From an uncultured Gammaproteobacteria bacterium (GTDB lineage Bacteria; Pseudomonadota; Gammaproteobacteria; Xanthomonadales; SZUA-36), in the NCBI GenBank assembly GCA_963695135.1, contig CAVOGA010000001.1:292431-356430 (forward strand): a stretch of 64,000 nt of DNA. The letters are read 5' to 3'. Positions 28,908-44,624 of the stretch are shown piece by piece (position 1 is the stretch's first letter; each line of letters opens with the position of its first letter). The notes beneath the pieces are model-generated. The model had not been told where the DNA came from. It saw only the letters and a list, made by a program, of their open reading frames with translations, and ran no database searches. Both the position numbers and the translations under genes were made by a program.

Positions 28908-30056
28908 ATGAGCCGGTTTGACGCCGTGATCAACGTCTCCGATTGGCGGGCCCTGGCCCGGCGGCGCCTGCCGGCGCCCCTGTTCCATTACATAGATGGC
29001 GGCTCGGAAGACGAGAGCAATGTGCGCGGCAACGTGGACGCTTTTCGCGAGGCGAAGCTGGTGCCGGAATACCTGGTGGATGTTGCGGACATCGATACGC
29101 GAACGACACTGTTCGGCCGGGAACTCTCCATGCCATTGTTCCTCTCACCGACCGGCATGACGCGCCTGTTCCACCACGTGGGCGAACTGGCGGTAGCCCG
29201 CGCCGCGGCCCGGGCCGGCACGGCGTACAGCCTGTCGACCCTGGGCGCGACGTCCATCGAGGACGTCGGCGCCGCCAGCAGCGGGCCAAAGGTGTTCCAG
29301 ATCTACGTGATGAAAGACCGCGGGCTGACCCGGGAATTTATCCAGCGCTGCAAGGAGGCCGGCTTCGATGCGCTGGCGCTGACCGTTGATGTGCCCGTGC
29401 CCAGCAAGCGGGAGCGGGAAATCCGCTATGGCTTCAACCTGCCACCCAAACTCACACCTGCGGCGCTGCCAGGTTTCCTGGCCAGGCCCGGATGGCTGTG
29501 GCGCTACCTGACGACACCAACGCCGATACTGGCCAACGTGGCGCACCGCATCGACCAGGGCAGCCGGGACAACTCCTCGCTGATTCAGTACGTGGCTGAC
29601 CAGTTCGACCCCAGCGTTACCTGGGACGATATGGCATGGATGATTGACGAGTGGGGCGGCCCCTTCGCGATCAAGGGCATCCTGTCACCGGCGGACGCGC
29701 GCCGCGCGGTCTCCGTGGGAGCCAGCAGCGTCATGGTGTCCAACCACGGCGGCCGGCAACTCGATGGCGCCCTGTCCGCCTTTGAAGCCCTTGGCCCGAT
29801 CGCCGACGAGGTCGGCGGTGAATGCGAGATCATCCTGGACGGCGGTATCCGCCGCGGAACCCATGTGCTCAAGGCGCTGGCCCGCGGCGCCACCGCCTGC
29901 TCTACCGGGCGGCCCTACCTGTGGGCGCTGGCCGCCGGCGGCGAGGCCGGCGTTGGCCGGATGCTGGAAACGCTGGGAGAGGAAATTCGACTGAATATGG
30001 GACTGTTGGGTGTGCAGCGGGTTGCGCAGATCGGATCCCGTCACCTGCAGGGCTGA
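28908..30056 (+). CDS. FMN-dependent alpha-hydroxy acid dehydrogenase/oxidase (LldD-like)
   Basis: 382 aa; TVDVP...; VSNHGGRQLD; ILDGGIRRGTHVLKALARGA. Confidence 0.9.
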   Translation: MSRFDAVINVSDWRALARRRLPAPLFHYIDGGSEDESNVRGNVDAFREAKLVPEYLVDVADIDTRTTLFGRELSMPLFLSPTGMTRLFHHVGELAVARAAARAGTAYSLSTLGATSIEDVGAASSGPKVFQIYVMKDRGLTREFIQRCKEAGFDALALTVDVPVPSKREREIRYGFNLPPKLTPAALPGFLARPGWLWRYLTTPTPILANVAHRIDQGSRDNSSLIQYVADQFDPSVTWDDMAWMIDEWGGPFAIKGILSPADARRAVSVGASSVMVSNHGGRQLDGALSAFEALGPIADEVGGECEIILDGGIRRGTHVLKALARGATACSTGRPYLWALAAGGEAGVGRMLETLGEEIRLNMGLLGVQRVAQIGSRHLQG

Positions 30057-30453
30057 ACAGCCGGTTGCGCTGAACGCGGGCTCATAGATGAGATCTTTTC
30101 ACCTGTATTTCCAATTAACGCATTGTGTCTGAATGTTCTCGCAATGAAAAATCAGTTGCTTAGCCAGATGCACTGTTTTTACGCCTCGCATTTAGCCAAA
30201 AATGCGCTATACTCGGACGAAGTGGACTGAATTATCGTCTTACAGGCTCTGAAATCTGGGCGAACCGCGTATCACCCCTGCTTACGCTTCGCATCCATCT
30301 TCTGGTCCAGGTTCAAAGTCCGCGCCGCCTTGTGCGGGGCGACACAGCATCCGATATTCGAACGATTTTCGAATTAATCACGTGGAAAGCTGGCAGGGGA
30401 TGCCCGGCCGGCTCATTTCATATGGAAATACGTCGCCACCCGCGTGATTAACA

Positions 30454-30483
30454 GAAAGCCCGATCTCTCCTGGTCGGGCTTTC
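30454..30483 (-). terminator. stem-loop downstream of the ABC exporter gene (weak T-tract)
   Basis: Perfect 10-bp stem GAAAGCCCGA / TCGGGCTTTC with a 10-nt loop, 55 nt past stop 30538. Followed on the minus strand only by TGTTAATC. Confidence 0.4.
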
Positions 30484-30537
30484 GCCTTGTTGGACGTCCG
30501 TTTCTGCAAATCCGCTTAAGCGCAAAGGAGGCTCGTC

Positions 30538-32322
30538 TCAGGCGGCCTGCTCACCGAACTGCAGCGCCGCCAGGCGCGCGTAGAGGGGCGTGTTGCGCAA
30601 CAATTCTTCATGGGTGCCCTGCGCCACCAGCTTGCCGTGGTCGAGCACGAGAATCCTGTCGGCCTTCTGCACCGTGGAAAGACGGTGGGCAATGATCATG
30701 GTGGTGCGGTCCTGCATAAGCACCTCCAGGGCGGCCTGCACCAGGCGCTCGCTTTCCGAGTCCAGCGCGCTGGTCGCTTCGTCCAGCAGCAGTATCGGCG
30801 GATCTTTCAGAATGGCGCGGGCGATGGCGATGCGTTGACGCTGACCGCCGGAAAGACGGATACCGCGCTCGCCAAGAAAGCTGTCATAGCCTTCCGGCAG
30901 GTCCTTGATGAAATCATGCGCGGCCGCGGCGATGGCAGCAGCCTCGACCTCGGCATTGGTGGCGCCAGGCCGGCCCAGGCGGATGTTCTCACGGGCGCTC
31001 TCGCCAAACAGCACCGTATCCTGGGGCACCAGGGCGATCTGCCGGCGCAACTCCAGCGGGTCCAGGTGGTCCAGGGCATGCCCGTCCACGCAAACCCGGC
31101 CGCCCTGCGGGTCATAAAAGCGCAGCAACAGCTGAAAGCAGGTGCTCTTGCCCGCCCCGGAGGGGCCCACGATCGCCACGGTCTCGCCGGGCGCAACGGT
31201 AAAGTCCACGCCCGCCAGCGCCAGGTCATCGGGACGCGAGGGGTAGCTGAAGCTCACCCGGTCAAAGTGGATGCTGCCTTCGGCCCGGGGGCCCAGGCTT
31301 TCCGGACTGGCCGGCGCGGCGATGGCCGGGGTTGCCTTGAGCAGCTCGGCCAGGCGCTCCATGGCGCCCGCACCGCGCTGAATCTCACCCCACAGCTCGC
31401 TGAGGGCACCGGCCGAGGCGCCCACGAACAGGGAATAGGCCAGGAACTGGGCGAGCTGACCCCCGGTCATGGTGCCACCGATGACCGCCCGCGACCCCAT
31501 CCACAAAATGAAGGTGATGGCGCCGAAAATCATGATGAAACCCACCGCTGTCATCGCCGCGCGCGTGCGAATACGGCTCATGCCGGCCGCGTAGCTGTCC
31601 TCCACCGCTTCGTCGTAATGCTGCACCTGCAGGCTTTCCAGCGTGTAGGCCTGCACCGTCTGGATGGCTTCCAGGGACTCACCGGCAACGCCGCTGGTAT
31701 CGGCCACACGATCCTGCGCCGTGCGCGAGAGGTTTCTTATCCGCCGGCCGATCCAGATAATCGGCAGCACCACCAGCGGCACGCCGAGGATGATGTACAG
31801 CGTCAGCTGAAAGCTCGTCAGGGCCAGCATCACCAGGCCGCCGATAAGGTTCAGCGTCGAGCGCAGCGCGATGGACAGGCTGACCCCGGCGATGCCCTGG
31901 ACCAGGGTGGTGTCCGTGGTCAGGCGCGACAGGACCTCGCCGGTGCGCGTCACTTCAAAGAACGTCGGGTCCATGCGGACAACCCGCTTGAACACCGCGC
32001 TGCGCAGGTCCGCCACCACGCGTTCGCCAAGCTTGGTCACCAGGTAAAAACGCAGGGAGGCAAAGCCACCGAACATCACCGCGGCCAGGAAGAACCAGCC
32101 GAAATAGCGGTTGACCGTCTGCAGGTCGTTGGTGGCAAATCCGTTATCGATCAGGTAACGCAGCGCAATCGGCAGGGCCAGCAAGGCCACGGCCGCCACC
32201 AGCAGGGCGGCCAATGCGCCGAGCATGAGGGCCCGGTAGGGCCGCAGGAACGGCCCGAGCATGCGCAGGGGCCGAAGCGAATCAGCCTTGGGGCGTTCGC
32301 CGGAATCCGGGGTTGGGGGCAT
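30538..32322 (-). CDS. ABC transporter, fused permease/ATPase (MsbA/ABCB-type exporter)
   Basis: 594 aa; 6-TM domain; Walker A GPSGAGKST; signature LSGGQRQRIAIARA; Walker B ILLLDEATS. Confidence 0.92.
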   Translation of the reverse strand: MPPTPDSGERPKADSLRPLRMLGPFLRPYRALMLGALAALLVAAVALLALPIALRYLIDNGFATNDLQTVNRYFGWFFLAAVMFGGFASLRFYLVTKLGERVVADLRSAVFKRVVRMDPTFFEVTRTGEVLSRLTTDTTLVQGIAGVSLSIALRSTLNLIGGLVMLALTSFQLTLYIILGVPLVVLPIIWIGRRIRNLSRTAQDRVADTSGVAGESLEAIQTVQAYTLESLQVQHYDEAVEDSYAAGMSRIRTRAAMTAVGFIMIFGAITFILWMGSRAVIGGTMTGGQLAQFLAYSLFVGASAGALSELWGEIQRGAGAMERLAELLKATPAIAAPASPESLGPRAEGSIHFDRVSFSYPSRPDDLALAGVDFTVAPGETVAIVGPSGAGKSTCFQLLLRFYDPQGGRVCVDGHALDHLDPLELRRQIALVPQDTVLFGESARENIRLGRPGATNAEVEAAAIAAAAHDFIKDLPEGYDSFLGERGIRLSGGQRQRIAIARAILKDPPILLLDEATSALDSESERLVQAALEVLMQDRTTMIIAHRLSTVQKADRILVLDHGKLVAQGTHEELLRNTPLYARLAALQFGEQAA

Positions 32323-32397
32323 GGCGTGGTATCGATGCGAGAATGATCAGGGTGCTAATCATCGCATGTCTGCCGCCGCAAGTCCGTAGCGCGGCCC

Positions 32398-33237
32398 CTA
32401 TTCACCCTCGGCCGGCGCTGCACCGGCCAGGGCGGCCCGCAGCTGGCTGAGCTTGTCGCGCAGCGCCCGGCGGTCGTCCGGCGCCAGGCGCAACATGGCC
32501 TTCTGGCCCACTGCCAGCGCCTCGAGATCCGGATCCACGAACTCGTAAACCGCCTCATTCTGCCGGACCTCGATCAGGCCCACCGGCTCCGGCGTTGCAA
32601 GCAGCAGGTCCAGGATTTCAATCAGCCGGTCATTGAAATAGACATCCTGGTAGCCAAGTCCCAGGTAGGCTTCCTGCAGCAAGGGGTAATAACGCAGATA
32701 GAGGGGCACCATGGTGTCCACGTCCACGGCCTGCACCAGGTCCAGGTAGGGCTGGTAGCGCTCCCCGTTGGCGGGCGAGATAACCGACTGGTCGTCCGCC
32801 TCCAGCACGAGGAAGCGGCCGGACACGGGCTGCGTCGGACGCATGGGTTGCGGCAGCCGCGCCGCATCCAGGCCGTCAATGGTCGAAACCAGCCGGCTGA
32901 GCAGATAGTCAGGAACCAGCACGGCGGCGAGATCGGCCCCGGGAAACAGTTCTTCCGCCTGCGCCAGGACTTCCCCGTCACTTTCCGCCAGTATTGGCAG
33001 CGGCACCGCGGGCTCGGGCGGCTCCTGGACCTCCAGGATCTCCACTTCCGGCTCCGGTTCCGGCACCACCACGCGCTCGACCGGATAGCGCGGCGCGGGC
33101 GCCACGATCTCCTGCTCCACCGGCGCCGGAAGGGTCTCCACCTGTTCCAGCTCTGCCTGGTCCTGGCGCATGGAAAAGTACCAGGCGCCCAGCGCGACAG
33201 CGACAATGACGATGACCCAGATCAGGCCGTTTTTCAT
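32398..33237 (-). CDS. membrane-anchored hypothetical protein (possibly DUF3014; assignment from memory)
   Basis: 279 aa; one N-terminal TM (LIWVIVIVAVALGAWYF); Pro/Glu-rich linker; then a globular domain. Confidence 0.65.
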   Translation of the reverse strand: MKNGLIWVIVIVAVALGAWYFSMRQDQAELEQVETLPAPVEQEIVAPAPRYPVERVVVPEPEPEVEILEVQEPPEPAVPLPILAESDGEVLAQAEELFPGADLAAVLVPDYLLSRLVSTIDGLDAARLPQPMRPTQPVSGRFLVLEADDQSVISPANGERYQPYLDLVQAVDVDTMVPLYLRYYPLLQEAYLGLGYQDVYFNDRLIEILDLLLATPEPVGLIEVRQNEAVYEFVDPDLEALAVGQKAMLRLAPDDRRALRDKLSQLRAALAGAAPAEGE

Positions 33238-33320
33238 GGTTTCTCCCTTCCTTTATCCACGGGCATCTCTCAGTCTTTCTGCGTGCCCTGAAAACTGTGA
33301 CCACCACGCGGGGCGGCGGT

Positions 33321-39247
<5,927 letters not shown>

Positions 39248-39398
39248 GGTTGATCAGTTTCCTCGTCACCGGCGGGCTTGCGCCGCATCGCCGAAATGGG
39301 CCGCCGCAAAGGCGGGGAGACCCTTGATCATAAAGAAGATACCGTCAAAGGGAAGGGAATTTGACCTTGTTGCCGGAAAATCCAGTGCCGGCGCGGGT

Positions 39399-40589
39399 TT
39401 ATTGCTCGCGAAGGGCCAGCGCTACCGGGGTGCGCGCGGCGTGAATCGCCGGAAACAGGCCACCGATAAAGCCGATAAGCAGGGCGAAGGCGATGCCCAG
39501 GGCAAGCAGGGGCGCATTCACGTCAAAGGCAAAGGTAATGGCGCTGAAACTCGCGAAATTCAGGGTCGCCGCGCGGAAGCCGTCAAAGGCCAGCCAGGCC
39601 AGGCCGGCGCCGATCATGCCGCCCACCAGCGCCAGCACCAGCGACTCGGCCAGCACGGAGATTACTACCGGCCCGGAACGGAAACCCAGTGCCCGCAGCG
39701 TGGCAATTTCCCGTGTACGCGCTGATACGGCCGTGTACATCGTATTCAGCGCGCCAAAAATGGCGCCCAACCCCATGATCGCGGCGATGATCACCCCGAG
39801 CCCGGTGATCACCCCGTAGAGGGTCTGGGACTGTTCCGAGTAATACTCTGCCTCCGTAACGACCTTGACGTTCAGCCGCGAGTCGCTGGTCAGCGCGTCC
39901 TTGAACTCGTTGAAGCGATCGGGGGATTCGAGGGTCGCATGCACCGACTGGAAAGAGTTTTCCCGGCGGAAGGCGCCCTGCAGCACTCGCGAATCGGTCC
40001 AGATTTCCGACTCGGCCATGCCGCCGCCGGCGGTAAAGACGCCAACCACGGGCCATTGCTCTGTACCCACTTCAATCGCGGAGCCCACATCCAGCCCGGC
40101 GAACTCCATGTGCGCGCCCAGGCCGACCACTACCTCGGCCAGGCCCGGTTCGAACATGCGGCCTTCAGTAATCTCGAAGCCTTCGCGCACCAGCGGAGCA
40201 GCCTTTTCAATGCCCCGCAGGGGAACATTGGCGTCGGTGCCGGTGGAGCGCATCGGCAGATTGATGATCACGAACAGCTCCCGGGAGGCAATCGGGCCGT
40301 CGCGGTTGGCTGCCAGACCCGGCGCCTCGGTAACGATGCGCGCATCATCGCCGCCGAGGCCGCTGACCAGTTCCGTGTCAGCACCGCTGCGCAGCACCAT
40401 GACGTTGCCGGTGCCGGTGGAACTGGTCATGGTGCTCACGATGCCCTGGGCAATCGACAGCACACCCACCATCACCGCCACCACCCCGGCAATACCCAGC
40501 ATGGCGGAAGCCGAGGAGCCGAGGCGCTGGGGGATGGACGCGAGGCTGAAACGCGTGACGGCAAACACCTGGTCGAGGACATTGAACAT
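39399..40589 (-). CDS. ABC transporter permease, FtsX/MacB-type (second copy)
   Basis: Start at ATG 40589 (MFNVLDQVFAVTRFSLASI). N-terminal TM, periplasmic domain, C-terminal FtsX 3-TM module. Confidence 0.88.
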   Translation of the reverse strand: MFNVLDQVFAVTRFSLASIPQRLGSSASAMLGIAGVVAVMVGVLSIAQGIVSTMTSSTGTGNVMVLRSGADTELVSGLGGDDARIVTEAPGLAANRDGPIASRELFVIINLPMRSTGTDANVPLRGIEKAAPLVREGFEITEGRMFEPGLAEVVVGLGAHMEFAGLDVGSAIEVGTEQWPVVGVFTAGGGMAESEIWTDSRVLQGAFRRENSFQSVHATLESPDRFNEFKDALTSDSRLNVKVVTEAEYYSEQSQTLYGVITGLGVIIAAIMGLGAIFGALNTMYTAVSARTREIATLRALGFRSGPVVISVLAESLVLALVGGMIGAGLAWLAFDGFRAATLNFASFSAITFAFDVNAPLLALGIAFALLIGFIGGLFPAIHAARTPVALALREQ

Positions 40590-40597
40590 GGCTGCCG

Positions 40598-41749
40598 TCA
40601 GCGTCTCAGGGCGTCGGAAATCTGCAGGCGCTGGGCGGTCCGCGCGGGCAGGATCCCGACCAGGAAGGCCAGCGCAACGATCAACAGCAGGCCCAGAAAC
40701 AGATCCCGGGTCGGAATGAAGAACACCGGCAGGGAACCGCCGGTCGGGTCCCCGGCAGAGACCATCAGCCACGCAATCAACAGGCCCAGCCCGCCGCCCA
40801 GGGCCGTGAGCACCAGGGATTCGCCCAGCACCAGGCCCAGGACGCCGCTATTGGTAAAGCCGATCGCCTTGAGCACGGCGAGTTCGTTGGTCCGCTCGCG
40901 CACCGTGTAGGCCATGGTGTTGCCGGCCACGAGCAGGATCGTGAAGAACACGGCGGACACGATCGCCATGATGATGAATCCGATGTTGCCGATCTGGTTG
41001 GCGAAGCCCTGCAGGAAGGCGCCCTCCGGCTCGGTTTTCGTCTCGTTCGATGAGTTGGCGAAGCCGCGATCAATTTCCGCAGCGATCTCCGCCGCCCGCT
41101 CAGGCTCGGTGATCCGTACCAGGTACCAGCCGACCTGTCCCTTTCCGCCGCTGCGCGCCTCGTCAAAATAGCCATAGGGAATGAACATCTGGCTTGTGTC
41201 CACGCCCTGCTCTGCTGCCTCGTAGATCGCTGCCACTTCAAAATCCCAGTTGCGGTCACCGCCGCTTCGGGACCAGATCGGCGACATGAGCGGAATCCGG
41301 TCGCCCACGGACCAGCCGAAGCGCTTCGCCAGGCCACTGCCTACGGCCACGCCGGTCCGGCTGTTGAACCAGGCCTGCTTCTCCGCCTCGTCGAAAACGT
41401 ACTCCGGGTAGAGCTCAAGAAACAGTTCCGGCTCCACCACGAACTGGGTAAAAAAATTACTCGGCTTCTGGTACACACCGCCAAACCAGGTGTTGTGGGT
41501 CACCAGGTCAACGCCCTCGATGCGCAGCATGTCATCGCGATAGCTCAGGGGAACCAGGTTGATGATCGTGATCTTGTCGCGCGTGATCAGCCGGTCCTGG
41601 CCCGCCACCTCGACACCGGCGGTAAAGCCGGTCTTGATCGCGGACAGGTAGCCGAACAGCAAAAAGGCAATCATGATCGACAGCAGCGTGAGCAGGGTGC
41701 GCAGCTTTTTGCGCTTCAGGCTGGCGAAGATCAGGGACAGGTACTTCAT
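40598..41749 (-). CDS. ABC transporter permease, FtsX/MacB-type (first copy)
   Basis: 383 aa; MKYLSLIFASLKRKKLRTLLTLLSI; same architecture as the downstream paralogue. Confidence 0.88.
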   Translation of the reverse strand: MKYLSLIFASLKRKKLRTLLTLLSIMIAFLLFGYLSAIKTGFTAGVEVAGQDRLITRDKITIINLVPLSYRDDMLRIEGVDLVTHNTWFGGVYQKPSNFFTQFVVEPELFLELYPEYVFDEAEKQAWFNSRTGVAVGSGLAKRFGWSVGDRIPLMSPIWSRSGGDRNWDFEVAAIYEAAEQGVDTSQMFIPYGYFDEARSGGKGQVGWYLVRITEPERAAEIAAEIDRGFANSSNETKTEPEGAFLQGFANQIGNIGFIIMAIVSAVFFTILLVAGNTMAYTVRERTNELAVLKAIGFTNSGVLGLVLGESLVLTALGGGLGLLIAWLMVSAGDPTGGSLPVFFIPTRDLFLGLLLIVALAFLVGILPARTAQRLQISDALRR

Positions 41750-41753
41750 CGTT

Positions 41754-42449
41754 TCAGGCCGCGACGTCCGTTTGCAGGCGGCCCTTGTCCAGGTGCAGCG
41801 TGCGCGTGGCGCGGTCCGCCGCCAGCTGATCGTGGGTCACCATGATAATGGTCTTGCCCTGGTCCCGGTTCAGGGCCTGGAGCAGGGTGAGGATCTCGTC
41901 ACCGGATTTGCGGTCCAGGTCACCGGTGGGTTCATCGCAGAGCAACAGCGTCGGGTCGGTAACGATGGCACGCGCAATACCGACGCGCTGTTGTTCACCG
42001 CCGGACAGCTGGCGCGGGTAGTGATTCAGACGGTGTGAAAGCCCCACGATATCGAGGGCGATGGCGGCGCGCTTTTTCCGCTCGCTGCCGGAGAGCCTGG
42101 TGAGCAGCAGGGGCAGTTCCACGTTCTTGCGCGCATTCAGGACGGGCATCAGGTTGTAGAACTGGAACACGAGGCCCACGTGGCGTGCGCGCCAGCCGGC
42201 CAGCTTGCGCTCGGACATGTTGTCGATCCGCTGGCCGCCGATCGTGACGCTGCCCTGGGTGGGCCGGTCGAGGCCACCGATCAGGTTCAACAAGGTTGAC
42301 TTGCCGGAGCCGGAAGGCCCCATCAGCGCCAGGAACTCACCCTCGGGAATCTGCAGGTCGAGGCCGCCGAGCACGTGAATCTCCTCGGAGCCGCGCCTGA
42401 AGACCTTGTCTACCCCGCTCACTTCAACGAGGGTTTCCTTGTTACCCAT
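41754..42449 (-). CDS. ABC transporter ATP-binding protein (MacB/LolD-type)
   Basis: 231 aa; Walker [13 protein letters not shown]; [14 protein letters not shown]; LLLCDEPTG. Confidence 0.93.
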   Translation of the reverse strand: MGNKETLVEVSGVDKVFRRGSEEIHVLGGLDLQIPEGEFLALMGPSGSGKSTLLNLIGGLDRPTQGSVTIGGQRIDNMSERKLAGWRARHVGLVFQFYNLMPVLNARKNVELPLLLTRLSGSERKKRAAIALDIVGLSHRLNHYPRQLSGGEQQRVGIARAIVTDPTLLLCDEPTGDLDRKSGDEILTLLQALNRDQGKTIIMVTHDQLAADRATRTLHLDKGRLQTDVAA

Positions 42450-42452
42450 TGC

Positions 42453-43664
42453 TCAACTCCCGCCTGATACCTTGACCCGCGCACCGTCCCTGAGCCCTGC
42501 CGGGGCGTTGATGATCACCTTTTCGCCACCGGACAGGCCGGCAACAATCATCACTTCGCTGTCCTGCTTGCCGCCGGTGGATACCGCGCGGCGTTCCGCC
42601 AGGTCGCCATTCACTATCCAGACGATCGTGCGGTCACCCTCCTGGCTCAGCGCACGCTCCGGCAACAGCACGCCGGATTGCGGTGCCGCATCCGAACGCT
42701 CCTCCTGGAAAGCGACCTTGACCCCCATATCCGGAAGAATGCGCGGATCCAGTTCATCAAAGCCAACCCGCACCTCAACCGTGGCACGCTGGCGGTCCGC
42801 GGTCGGGATGATGGCGATCACGTGCCCGGGAATGTCCCAGTCCGGGTAGGCGTCCAGGCGCGCGGTCACCGGCTGGCCCGGCTCGACCCGGTTGATATAG
42901 GCCTCGTTAACGTCGATCTCGATTTCCAGCGATTCCATGTCCACCACCGTGCCGATACCGGTGCGGGTGAAGCCGCCGCCGGCCGATACGGGGGAAATCA
43001 TTTCACCGGGCTGCGCGTTCTTGGCGATGACCACGCCGGCAAAGGGCGCGCGGATGACCGAGTCCTCCAGCTGCTGGGCAAAGATCGCCACCTGGCGCTG
43101 GGCAACCTCGATATCGGCCACCACGCGTTCCAGGCGCGCCGCCAGCGACTCGGCGGCAGCATTGGCGCGGTCCAGCTCCTGCGCGCTGGCCAGCTCGCGC
43201 TCCACCAGGTTCTTCGTGCGGGCCAGGTTGGCACGGGCCTCGCGCAACAGGGCCTCGGTTTCGTGGGCCGCGGTCTTCTGGGATTCGAGCTGCGCCAGGG
43301 ACAGTTCATAACTGCGGCGGATATTGGCGTCATCCAGGTAGGCCAGCACCTGGCCGGCTTCGACCTCCATGCCTTCCTCGATGAGAACTTCGCGCACCTG
43401 GCCGGTGAGCTTGGAGGAGACGGTGGCGGAGCGCCGGGCGGTCACATAGCCGGAGGCGTTCAACACCGTGTTGGCCGCGGCGCCACTGACCGCCCGCGCG
43501 GTCACGACCCGCACCTCCAGCGCCGGCTCCGGACGCAGGGTCCACCAGGCGCCCGCTGCGCCGGCAATCAGCAGGATGATGACAACAGGAATCCACCAGC
43601 GGAAGCGGGACTCACGTTCCGGTTCCCGTTCGATCTTCAGCTGGTCAAGCTTGGAGGAATCCAT
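42453..43664 (-). CDS. efflux periplasmic adaptor (HlyD/MacA membrane-fusion family)
   Basis: 403 aa; N-terminal TM; long coiled-coil hairpin; beta-barrel C-terminus. Confidence 0.88.
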   Translation of the reverse strand: MDSSKLDQLKIEREPERESRFRWWIPVVIILLIAGAAGAWWTLRPEPALEVRVVTARAVSGAAANTVLNASGYVTARRSATVSSKLTGQVREVLIEEGMEVEAGQVLAYLDDANIRRSYELSLAQLESQKTAAHETEALLREARANLARTKNLVERELASAQELDRANAAAESLAARLERVVADIEVAQRQVAIFAQQLEDSVIRAPFAGVVIAKNAQPGEMISPVSAGGGFTRTGIGTVVDMESLEIEIDVNEAYINRVEPGQPVTARLDAYPDWDIPGHVIAIIPTADRQRATVEVRVGFDELDPRILPDMGVKVAFQEERSDAAPQSGVLLPERALSQEGDRTIVWIVNGDLAERRAVSTGGKQDSEVMIVAGLSGGEKVIINAPAGLRDGARVKVSGGS

Positions 43665-43723
43665 GAGCTCCGATCGGTATGCATGACCGTCGCATCATAA
43701 GATGCCGGCGGTGGAAAAGCGAC

Positions 43724-43752
43724 GCGGGCCCGGACGACTGGACCGGGCCCGC
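43724..43752 (-). terminator. GC-rich hairpin terminator after the methyltransferase gene
   Basis: GCGGGCCCGG / CCGGGCCCGC 10-bp stem. On the minus strand it is followed by GTCGCTTTTCC, 27 nt past stop 43779. Confidence 0.5.
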
Positions 43753-43778
43753 TTCGGGAATAGCCGCCGTGGCTGGAC

Positions 43779-44552
43779 TTATTCCTTGATGAACTTCAGC
43801 GTCCAGCGGTCCGTGTTGCCGGTCACCGACGGCCGGCCGACCTCGTACACCAGTTCGTCATCAGGCCGGTAGTGCAGCGTGGAGAAATCCACGAGCGTGA
43901 AACCGGCATCCTGAATCTCCAGGATGGCCAGCACCGGGTCGACGCGGCGGCCGTTTTCCGGGCCATCCGGCTCCATGTGCCGGCGCGTGTGATCCACCAC
44001 GGCGTAAATGCCACCGGGCGCCAGCGCATCGTAGACCGCCTCGTTCAGCGCCGCGCGCGCTTCTGCGTTGAAGTTGTGGTAGTTGCGGAAGGTCAGGACC
44101 ATGTCGACGTCTTCGACCCCGAGACCGTCAAACTCCAGGCTGTAAAAGCGGTCGCCTTCGGCCCGGAAGATGTTCGCGTCTGTCGCGACGAACTCCATCT
44201 CCTCGAAACCCGGCTGGTCCGCCAGCGACTCAATGCGGCCCGTGCCGATAGCGCCGTAGTACTGGCCGTTCTCCGCCACCACCGGTGCGAGGATTTTCGT
44301 GTACCAGCCGGAACCGGGCATCAGCTCCACGATGGTCATGTCTTCGGTCAGACCGAAAAACTCGAGGGTCTCCAGGGCGCGCCGGTTACGGTCACGCTCC
44401 GTATCGCCTTCGTCACGGATGTCGGCAGCCAGGGCGGCCTGGATCTTGGCCTGGGTTGGCGCCCAGTCCGTATCCTGGGCCAGCGTGGTGAGGGGGGCCA
44501 GCATCGCCAGGCCGGCAATCAGGGTGTACTTTGCACTCCGCATACTTCGCAC
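43779..44552 (-). CDS. class I SAM-dependent methyltransferase with a signal peptide (predicted periplasmic)
   Basis: 257 aa; signal MRSMRSAKYTLIAGLAMLAPLTTLAQD; SAM motif I-like VELMPGSGWY. Confidence 0.8.
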   Translation of the reverse strand: MRSMRSAKYTLIAGLAMLAPLTTLAQDTDWAPTQAKIQAALAADIRDEGDTERDRNRRALETLEFFGLTEDMTIVELMPGSGWYTKILAPVVAENGQYYGAIGTGRIESLADQPGFEEMEFVATDANIFRAEGDRFYSLEFDGLGVEDVDMVLTFRNYHNFNAEARAALNEAVYDALAPGGIYAVVDHTRRHMEPDGPENGRRVDPVLAILEIQDAGFTLVDFSTLHYRPDDELVYEVGRPSVTGNTDRWTLKFIKE

Positions 44553-44624
44553 TCCATTAACTGTGTTTATGTCGTTGGCCAGTATGCCAACCTTGCATCA
44601 AAGATGCGTGATTCAGCGCCTGCA

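Noticed and set aside
30300-30345. tRNA-like T-loop string GGTTCAAAGTCC.
   Set aside because: The flanking bases do not form a 5-bp T stem, and no acceptor, D or anticodon arms can be drawn.
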